Shown piece after piece: positions 30,288 through 37,843 of a DNA stretch of 64,000 bases (positions within the stretch are counted from its first letter, which is position 1; the number at the start of each line of letters is the position of its first letter). Source of the DNA: Bacteroidota bacterium (lineage in GTDB: Bacteria; Bacteroidota; Bacteroidia; 2-12-FULL-35-15); NCBI GenBank assembly GCA_029237775.1, contig JAQZBR010000003.1, positions 210,599-274,598 on the forward strand, given 5' to 3'. The position numbers and the translations under genes are program-made. Under the pieces are notes generated by a model. It did no database searches. It was not told where the DNA came from and worked only from the letters and a program-made list of their open reading frames with translations.

Positions 30288-33200
30288 GTGAACATGATCA
30301 AGAATAGCTACTCACTATTTTTTCTTTTATTTCTTTTTTGCTTCAAAAGCTATTCTGCTACATTCTATTCTCGTTCTAACGGAAGTTGGAATACAGCTTC
30401 CACCTGGTCTACATCTGCATGTGGAAATTCAGCTACCACTTTGATCCCGGGTGCATCTGACGATGTTATTATCTGCGCGGGTTATACAATCACAATGAAC
30501 GGTAATCCAGCCAATTGCAACAAGCTTACATTGAGCGGGACTGCTGACTGGACGTCAGGTTTTGTAATTAATATCGGTGCGGGAGGATTTATAATGAATG
30601 CCGGTTCAAGTATTACTGGTTCCGGTGGACCGAACAGCGGGTCAATTAATGTAGCCGGCAATTTTACAGTTAATACAGGAGGTACTTCAACCCTTCAGAG
30701 AGGAAGTTTGATCGTGAACGGAACCACAAATATTTTCGGGACGTTTTCTATTACTAGTACTTTTGGTACTAAAAGTTTTCAGGACGTTAATATCAACGGG
30801 GGTACCTTTACAAGCGCTGCAACAGAAACCTATACTATTAACGGGAATGTTGTTTTGACAAACGGGACAATCACAGGATCGTCTACCGGGGTTTTCAATA
30901 TTGGCGGAACATTGACTGTTGCTTCCGGTACATCTGTTCTTGGGGCGGGAACAATAAGCGTTACCGGCACAACAACCTTAAATGGAAATTTAAATGAGAA
31001 CAGCGCAAACGGGACGAAAACCTTTTCAAATATTATAATCAATTCAGGGGCGACCTGGAATAATCTTTCTGCAGAAACTTATGCAGTTAGCGGAACCCTT
31101 ACGATGAATGGCGGCACCATTACGGGAACTGCATCCGGCAGATATGATGTCACCGGTGGTTTTGTCGTTGCAAGCGGAACAAATACGTTAGGCAATTCAT
31201 TAATGAATGTTACCGGTCCGACCACCATCAATTCGACTTTGAATATAACAAGTGTTACAGGCACCAAAACTTTTGGAGATGTCACCATATCTTCAACAGG
31301 TAACTGGAACTCCTCTGTCGCTGAAGATTTTACCATCAATGGGAATTTTACTAATAATGGTTCCTTCACTTCCAACACCGGTATCTATACTTTTGCGGGA
31401 ACCGGCAAAACTTTTGGCGGCACAGCATTGTCTTCTTTTGCACGACTCAATAATACGGGTTCATACACGAATGATGGTGTTGTAGAGGTAAATACTATGC
31501 ACTATGGCGCGGGAAGCTTCACTCAGGGAACAACCGGTTCTTATTTTCATAAAATGCTGAGCGCGAATTTCACTGTTACCACATTCAATGCATCTGCTGC
31601 CGGAAATGTAGTTACGTACAATTATGCGGGGGTACAGAATATTCGAAACCCGACCAACCTCCTCGGCTATTATCACCTTACTACAGCGGGTACTGGAATT
31701 AAAACACAGCTAGCAAATACTAGTGTTGGTGGAGATCTAATAATTTCAGCTGCAAGCACCCTGAATCTGGCAACTTTCAGTCTAACTGTCAAAGGAAATT
31801 TTACAAATAATGGCGCATTTACTCCAACAACCGGGGTAAATATAGTTACACTTAGCGGGACTGCTATGCAAACAATCGGGGGGGCTGTGATCACGACATT
31901 CCCAAATCTAACCATCAGCAATGCTACTGGAGTCGGTCTTGCCTTAAATACAGTAATATCTTCTAATCTGAATTTCACTGCCGGTGTTATAACAACAGGA
32001 ACTAATAAGGTTTCTATGACGGCTCTGACTGGAACTGTTACAGGTGCAGGAACATCTAAGTTTGTAAATGGATTTTTTGAAAAAAATATTTCCGCAGGTG
32101 CAGGTGTTATCCGCACTTTCGAAATAGGTAACGGGACCATAAATTATACTCCGGTTACTTTGAATTTTGCGAGTGTTTCAACTGGCGGAACTGTTACAGC
32201 AAGTGTTAGCAATGCGGATCATGCGTCAGTTTCTGCTTCATGCATAGACGAGCTGAAAAGCGTTAATCGTGTATGGACCTTGACCAACTCAGGGACTGTA
32301 TTCTCTACTTATTCTGCTTCATGTACATTTATTGGAGCTACAACTGATGCAGATGCAGGTTCTGTTCCGGCAAATTATTACATGTCTTCTTACAGTGGAG
32401 GTGTCTGGACCTTATTAACAAGAGGGACAGTAAGTTCAACCGTAAATCAGGGAACTGCAATATCAATTTTAGGCGATTTGCAGGTAGGAGAAAGACGAAC
32501 CCCTACTATTCCTGTTCAGCCCGTTGGTGATACCGTATGTAACAATACAAGCGCTGTCTTCTCATTGACTGTGAATGGTGTAGGGCTTAGCTATCAGTGG
32601 CAGCAAAATACCGGAAGCGGCTTTGTCAATCTTGCGAACGGAGGAATTTATTCGGGGGTCACTACAAGTACATTAACGGTCAATCCGGCTGTGAACAGCA
32701 TGAACGGGTATCAGTACCAGTGCGTGATCAGTAATATTTGCGCTACGGCTTTAGTCACTTCGAACGCAGCAACCTTAACCGTAACTCCAAATGTCACCGC
32801 AAGTGTTTCCATCTCAGGAAGTCCGGCCGGGGCAATATGCGCAGGAACGAACGTTACGTTCACAGCGATGCCCGTAAATGGGGGTACAATCCCTGCTTAT
32901 CAATGGCAGGTTAACAATGTAAATACTGGAAGTAATTCTGCTACATTTTCAAGCAGTACGCTCAGTAATGCTGATCAGGTAAAATGCCTGCTAACGTCAA
33001 ACGCGGTTTGTGTGCAGGGAAGTCCGGCAACTTCGAATATTGTAACGATGACAGTGAATCCAAATCTGCCTGTAAGTGTGAACATTATAGCGAGCTCCAC
33101 GGTAATCTGTCCGGGCACCTCAGTTACGTTTACCGCCACACCGGGCAATGGAGGAACAACACCTTCATATCAATGGCTGTTGAACGGTTCAAACGTTGGC

Positions 33201-36200
33201 AGTAATTCACCCAGCTATTCAAATGCAGCACTTGTTAATGGTGATATCGTAACGTGTGTTCTTACTTCTAGTGCGGTTTGTCCTACCGGCTCACCTGCTA
33301 CTTCAAATGCTATAACAATAACAGTAAATCCTTTATTGCCGGTAAGTGTCAGTATTTCAGCAAGTCCTTCGAATATAATCTGTGCAGGAACTAATGTAAC
33401 ATTTACTGCGAGTTCAGTAAATGGTGGAGCGTCACCAACATATCAATGGCAGCTAAATGGCGTAAATACAGGTACTAACAGCTCAACTTACTCAAGTTCA
33501 ACACTTAATACGGGTGATGTTGTGACATGTATTCTTACTTCCGGTGCTACCTGCGCAACAGGCAGTCCGGCCACTTCCAACAGTATAACCATGACTGTGA
33601 ATCCGAATATGCCTTTAAGCGTTTCGATTTCAGCAAGCCCTTCCAATGTTATTTGTTCAGGAGATAACGTATTGTTTACAGCCAATGTAACAAATGGCGG
33701 AGGATACGAATCGTATCAATGGAAACTTAACGGTGTAAATGCCGGGTCGAACTCGCTGACATTCTCTATCAGTTCTCTTGCGAATAATGATGTAGTGACC
33801 TGTGTTGTTTCCACATCAGCACAGTGTGTCACAGGATCGCCTGCAATATCCAACAGTATTGTGATGACTGTGAGTCCGGTCTTACCGGTTAGCGTTTCTG
33901 TTTCAGCTAATCCCTCAAATACAGTTTGTGCTGGGACGAATGTTACTTTCACTGCATCGGGTACTAACGGAGGATCATCACCGGTATACCAATGGTTATT
34001 GAATGGTTCTAACATTGCAACCGGCACAACGTATTCTAATTCTTCACTCGCTAGCGGTGATCAGGTCAGCTGTGTACTGACATCGAATGTTACCTGCTCA
34101 AGTTCCAATCCCGCAACTTCGAATACGATTACAATGACCGTGAATCCTAATATGCCGGTTAGTGTGAGTATTGCTTCCAGTGCTGCCACTTCATGCTCCG
34201 GATCTGCAGTAACATTTACAGCAACACCGGTCAATGGCGGAACAAGCCCATCATACCAATGGCTCCGGAACGGATCGAACACAGGTACAAATTCAGCTAC
34301 GTATATTTCTTCAACTCTCACGAACGGAGATATTATTTCAGTTGTTTTAACCTCGAATGTCGTTTGTCCGACTGGTAATCCGGCAACAAGTAATACAATT
34401 ACTCAGACCGTCACTTCAGGGGGCAGCTGGTTGGGAGCTGTATCAACGGATTGGAATAATACAGGGAACTGGTGCGGAGGAGTTCCTGCTTTGACATCAG
34501 ATGTTACAATCGCAGCGGGATTACCATTCGCGCCTGTTTTAACAGCTACATCGTATTGCAAGAATATTAACATTGCTGCAGGTACAAATCTTACTCTGAA
34601 TGGTAATCTTCTGAATATTTATGGAAGTATTTCAGGAACAGGAATGTTTACGGGAAGCAATTCTTCAGCGATCAACTTGGCGGCAGGAAGCGGCTCCGGA
34701 GGAACGTTGTATATGGATCAATCTGTTGCCGGTACTTCGAATGCACTTGCTGCGATCACTCTGGATCGTTCAGCGGCTTCAATTGTATTAGGAAATACGC
34801 TGGCGGTAACCAACAGTGTGACTGTCACTGCCGGGACACTTTCTTCATCCGGCAATCTTACACTTGTATCAAATGCATCAGGAACCGCAAGAATTTCAAC
34901 ACTTGCAAGCGGTGCCGATGTTTCGGGAAATGTAACTGCCCAGCGATACATTCCGGCAGGGACAGATGGCTGGATGTTCCTTTGTTCTCCTGTTTCAGGC
35001 GCAACACTTCAGCAATGGGATGATGATTTCATCACAGGCGGTTTTCCGGGATCATTCTATCCTCCATCTCCGAACCCATCCATTGTAACTTATGATGAGA
35101 CGGTTTTAGGTTTGTATGATAGCGGTTATGTAGCTCCTTCAGGTATTACCGATGCGATTGCTGCAAGAAAGGGCTATTGGGCGTATATAATGGGAACTCC
35201 TCTGACAATAGACGTTACAGGGCCCATCCTGAAGAATAACCAGACATTCTCTGTTTCTTATACAAACGATGCGACACAAGCCGCAAGTGAGAACGGTTGG
35301 AATCTGGTGGCTAATCCATATCCATCAACCATCGATTGGGATGCAGCAGGCTGGACTAAAACGAATGTGAATGATGCGATCTATATGTATAGCGCAGATC
35401 TGGATCAATATACGAGTTACGTTGGTGGAATAGGAGTGAATGGCGGTACAAACCTGATAGCTTCTTCTCAGGCATTTCTTGTGCAGACAAGTGGAGGGTC
35501 TCCAGTATTAAAATTAAATGAAACGGTGAAGGATGCCACTGACGAGCAATTCATCAGAACACCTGTATCGCCTGATGAATTGATCAGGTTAGGTTTGACC
35601 GGAAATGGATATACAGATGAAACTGTTATTCACTTCAATTCACAAGCGACTGATGGATTTGATCGTTCGTTTGACGCGAGAAAGTTTTTAAGCTTTAATA
35701 CAGATGTTCCAGCCATCGGCTCAATGATAGATAGTGTATTCAGTTCTGTGAACACGTTGCCTTCGATAAGCAATGAACTCGCAATCCCTGTAAAGGTTAA
35801 AGTGGGTGTTACCGGTACATACACTATCCAATTGAATAATACCAGCTGGATGCCTTCAGTAAGCTGTCTGGTCCTGGAAGATCTTAAAACAGGAATACAA
35901 ACCGATCTTCGTTCAACAGCGTCTTATACTTTTAATATTTCTGACACTACGGTATTTCCTCGCTTCGTTATCAGGGTGGGAAAACCAATAGAAACGGTTT
36001 CTAATTCAGCAACCTGCACCGGCAATAACAATGGATCAGCCTGGGCTGTTGGAAATGGGACCGGCCCATGGGATTATACATGGGAAGACCAAAATGGTGT
36101 TCCGGTTCAAACACACAATGGCGTTTCGGGCCCCGATAGCCTGATATCAATGTCACCGGGAAATTATTCGGTTCATATTTCCGGTAATTCAGGTGCCTGC

Positions 36201-36995
36201 AGTGTGCTTGACGCAATGGTTACCATTGGCGCTCATGACACTCTGAATGTGACAGTACAGGTAAGCAATACCGGATGCCTTAATACAGCAGATGGAAGTA
36301 TTGAAGTGATTGATGTAGCAGGAGGAACAGCTCCTTATTCTTATAACTGGTCAAACGGTACCATAACTCCGGTCGATGGTGCTTTAACACCTGGGGTGTA
36401 TGCATTAACAGTCACCGATAGTACCGGCTGTCAATATATAAGTGAATATATTGTCAATTCTGATTCTCACTTATCGGCTGAATATTATGTAAGCAATGAT
36501 ACAGTTAATTTAAGTGATGATGAGGCCGTTGAATTCTCTAATCCGGACAAGGAAATAACTTCCTTCTCCTGGAATTTCGGTGATGGCTCAGCAGTGAATA
36601 ATTCCCCAAATCCAAGCTATTTATATGCTTTGCCGGGCGTATATCAAACTACGCTAATTGTGTCAGATGGGGTTTGTGTAGATACTTCAGCACAGACTGT
36701 AGTTGTGGAGACAGAAGTTTTATCCGTTGGAGTTCAGGAAACTGTAAACGATGAATATCTGAATATTACCATAAATGATGAGGTGGCCGAACTTTATTAT
36801 CAATTTAATGGAGTTTCAGTTGTTGATGTGGAGGTGATGAATGTAACGGGTCAAAAAGTTGTCGCAGATAAGCATCTGGAAAGCGGAAGCGGTAAGCTTT
36901 CCTACAATCTGAAGGGACTTGGTGATGGAATTTACTACTTCCGAATTACCTCCGGAAAAGATAAGGTTATCACAAAACGCGTCATTAAGTTATAG
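30288..36995 (+). CDS. 2235-aa T9SS cargo adhesin-like protein (beta-helix, Ig-like repeats, SprB-like/PKD, type A CTD)
   Basis: Signal peptide, NGSWNTASTW start, T/G/N-rich repeats, six Ig-like repeats, GGTAPYSYNWSNG (SprB-like), WNFGDG (PKD), C-terminal GIYYFRI...KRVIK. Confidence 0.88.
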   Translation: MNMIKNSYSLFFLLFLFCFKSYSATFYSRSNGSWNTASTWSTSACGNSATTLIPGASDDVIICAGYTITMNGNPANCNKLTLSGTADWTSGFVINIGAGGFIMNAGSSITGSGGPNSGSINVAGNFTVNTGGTSTLQRGSLIVNGTTNIFGTFSITSTFGTKSFQDVNINGGTFTSAATETYTINGNVVLTNGTITGSSTGVFNIGGTLTVASGTSVLGAGTISVTGTTTLNGNLNENSANGTKTFSNIIINSGATWNNLSAETYAVSGTLTMNGGTITGTASGRYDVTGGFVVASGTNTLGNSLMNVTGPTTINSTLNITSVTGTKTFGDVTISSTGNWNSSVAEDFTINGNFTNNGSFTSNTGIYTFAGTGKTFGGTALSSFARLNNTGSYTNDGVVEVNTMHYGAGSFTQGTTGSYFHKMLSANFTVTTFNASAAGNVVTYNYAGVQNIRNPTNLLGYYHLTTAGTGIKTQLANTSVGGDLIISAASTLNLATFSLTVKGNFTNNGAFTPTTGVNIVTLSGTAMQTIGGAVITTFPNLTISNATGVGLALNTVISSNLNFTAGVITTGTNKVSMTALTGTVTGAGTSKFVNGFFEKNISAGAGVIRTFEIGNGTINYTPVTLNFASVSTGGTVTASVSNADHASVSASCIDELKSVNRVWTLTNSGTVFSTYSASCTFIGATTDADAGSVPANYYMSSYSGGVWTLLTRGTVSSTVNQGTAISILGDLQVGERRTPTIPVQPVGDTVCNNTSAVFSLTVNGVGLSYQWQQNTGSGFVNLANGGIYSGVTTSTLTVNPAVNSMNGYQYQCVISNICATALVTSNAATLTVTPNVTASVSISGSPAGAICAGTNVTFTAMPVNGGTIPAYQWQVNNVNTGSNSATFSSSTLSNADQVKCLLTSNAVCVQGSPATSNIVTMTVNPNLPVSVNIIASSTVICPGTSVTFTATPGNGGTTPSYQWLLNGSNVGSNSPSYSNAALVNGDIVTCVLTSSAVCPTGSPATSNAITITVNPLLPVSVSISASPSNIICAGTNVTFTASSVNGGASPTYQWQLNGVNTGTNSSTYSSSTLNTGDVVTCILTSGATCATGSPATSNSITMTVNPNMPLSVSISASPSNVICSGDNVLFTANVTNGGGYESYQWKLNGVNAGSNSLTFSISSLANNDVVTCVVSTSAQCVTGSPAISNSIVMTVSPVLPVSVSVSANPSNTVCAGTNVTFTASGTNGGSSPVYQWLLNGSNIATGTTYSNSSLASGDQVSCVLTSNVTCSSSNPATSNTITMTVNPNMPVSVSIASSAATSCSGSAVTFTATPVNGGTSPSYQWLRNGSNTGTNSATYISSTLTNGDIISVVLTSNVVCPTGNPATSNTITQTVTSGGSWLGAVSTDWNNTGNWCGGVPALTSDVTIAAGLPFAPVLTATSYCKNINIAAGTNLTLNGNLLNIYGSISGTGMFTGSNSSAINLAAGSGSGGTLYMDQSVAGTSNALAAITLDRSAASIVLGNTLAVTNSVTVTAGTLSSSGNLTLVSNASGTARISTLASGADVSGNVTAQRYIPAGTDGWMFLCSPVSGATLQQWDDDFITGGFPGSFYPPSPNPSIVTYDETVLGLYDSGYVAPSGITDAIAARKGYWAYIMGTPLTIDVTGPILKNNQTFSVSYTNDATQAASENGWNLVANPYPSTIDWDAAGWTKTNVNDAIYMYSADLDQYTSYVGGIGVNGGTNLIASSQAFLVQTSGGSPVLKLNETVKDATDEQFIRTPVSPDELIRLGLTGNGYTDETVIHFNSQATDGFDRSFDARKFLSFNTDVPAIGSMIDSVFSSVNTLPSISNELAIPVKVKVGVTGTYTIQLNNTSWMPSVSCLVLEDLKTGIQTDLRSTASYTFNISDTTVFPRFVIRVGKPIETVSNSATCTGNNNGSAWAVGNGTGPWDYTWEDQNGVPVQTHNGVSGPDSLISMSPGNYSVHISGNSGACSVLDAMVTIGAHDTLNVTVQVSNTGCLNTADGSIEVIDVAGGTAPYSYNWSNGTITPVDGALTPGVYALTVTDSTGCQYISEYIVNSDSHLSAEYYVSNDTVNLSDDEAVEFSNPDKEITSFSWNFGDGSAVNNSPNPSYLYALPGVYQTTLIVSDGVCVDTSAQTVVVETEVLSVGVQETVNDEYLNITINDEVAELYYQFNGVSVVDVEVMNVTGQKVVADKHLESGSGKLSYNLKGLGDGIYYFRITSGKDKVITKRVIKL
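32790..34415 (+). repeat. Six tandem ~90-aa Ig-like repeats
   Basis: Consensus VSVSISASP...ICxGTNVTFTA..xNGG..PxYQWxLNG.N.G....Y....LxxGDxVxCxLTS...CxxGxPATSNxITxTVNP, counted six times. Confidence 0.9.
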
Positions 36996-37535
36996 CTACT
37001 TGCGGGGAGAAGAGGGAGAAAGTGTTTTGTCACTTATTTTGTTTGTCCAGAGCATCCATAAAAAGAATATAAAGCCATAGATAATTATTGTAAAGGTGTA
37101 AGTATGGTTGAATTCAGTCCAGGTTCTGGAATGCGTATCAAGGATAGCAAGGAAAACCACCCTAAGAATATTCAGTATTTCAATCATTAAGATCCCGAGG
37201 GGAATGAAATACAACTTTTTTTTCCAGTTACCCGGATAAGCAATAATAAAACCCGTAAAAAGGGAAAAAAGTGCTATACCGTTACAGTTATCCCCAATCC
37301 ATAAGCCCCCGGTTCCATCGATACCGATTAGTCTGTCGGATCCCGTGAAAACAGTATATCCTAATCCTTCAAGTATCCATTTGCTTACCGCGACAGTTTT
37401 ATCAATCACAAAAAGATCCATTGTTTTGGCAGGATGTAGCCAGAGATTATATAACAGATACCATCCAAGATAGAAGCCTAGAATAGAAAGAAGAAACCGT
37501 ATGATAGGGTTTTGAAGAAAAGACAGCTTTTGCAT
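36996..37535 (-). CDS. Exosortase family transpeptidase (XrtX/XrtF-like, Bacteroidota type)
   Basis: Multi-TM with the exosortase Cys-Arg-His triad: IGDNCNG, NILRV, FNHTYTF. Confidence 0.85.
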   Translation of the reverse strand: MQKLSFLQNPIIRFLLSILGFYLGWYLLYNLWLHPAKTMDLFVIDKTVAVSKWILEGLGYTVFTGSDRLIGIDGTGGLWIGDNCNGIALFSLFTGFIIAYPGNWKKKLYFIPLGILMIEILNILRVVFLAILDTHSRTWTEFNHTYTFTIIIYGFIFFLWMLWTNKISDKTLSPSSPRK

Positions 37536-37541
37536 AAGGAC

Positions 37542-37573
37542 AAAAAAAATCCCGTTTTAAGCGGGATTTTTTT
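37542..37573 (-). terminator. Terminator between the PID-CTERM-like gene and the exosortase
   Basis: aaaaaaaatcccg / cgggattttttt hairpin overlapping the stop codon at 37557. Confidence 0.75.
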
Positions 37574-37799
37574 TAAGTGAACTGTAGATTTTATATCCTC
37601 CAAAGGCCATTCCGGCAATAAGGAGTAGTATTACACTGCTATCCAATGGTATCGGGCATGGCGGGAATGGTCCACCACAAGGGTTTGGAGGCCCCATACC
37701 CATACCTGTTCCCATACCGAGGGCGGCAGCTTTTGAAACTGTTGCCAGATAAGGAGCAGTAAAAATAAGAACAGTTAAAAATATTTTTTTAAATTTCAT
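37557..37799 (-). CDS. 80-aa PID-CTERM-like exosortase substrate
   Basis: Signal peptide, short Gly/Met/Pro linker, then PIPLD motif + TM helix (SSVILLLIAGMAFGGY) + basic tail (KIYSSLKK); directly upstream of the exosortase. Confidence 0.78.
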   Translation of the reverse strand: MKFKKIFLTVLIFTAPYLATVSKAAALGMGTGMGMGPPNPCGGPFPPCPIPLDSSVILLLIAGMAFGGYKIYSSLKKNPA

Positions 37800-37816
37800 T
37801 TTGTTAAAACTTTGTA

Positions 37817-37824
37817 CAAATTTA
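37817..37824 (-). promoter_or_regulatory. -7 promoter box (TAAATTTG) for the PID-CTERM-like gene
   Basis: Exact TAnnTTTG on - strand, 17 nt before the ATG. Confidence 0.65.
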
Positions 37825-37843
37825 AAATAAAATCGTTGTTAAA

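Noticed and set aside
32790-34415. Regularly spaced repeats considered as a possible CRISPR array or DGR template
   Set aside because: Repeats are in-frame ~270-nt protein domains with synonymous divergence; no spacers, cas genes or reverse transcriptase
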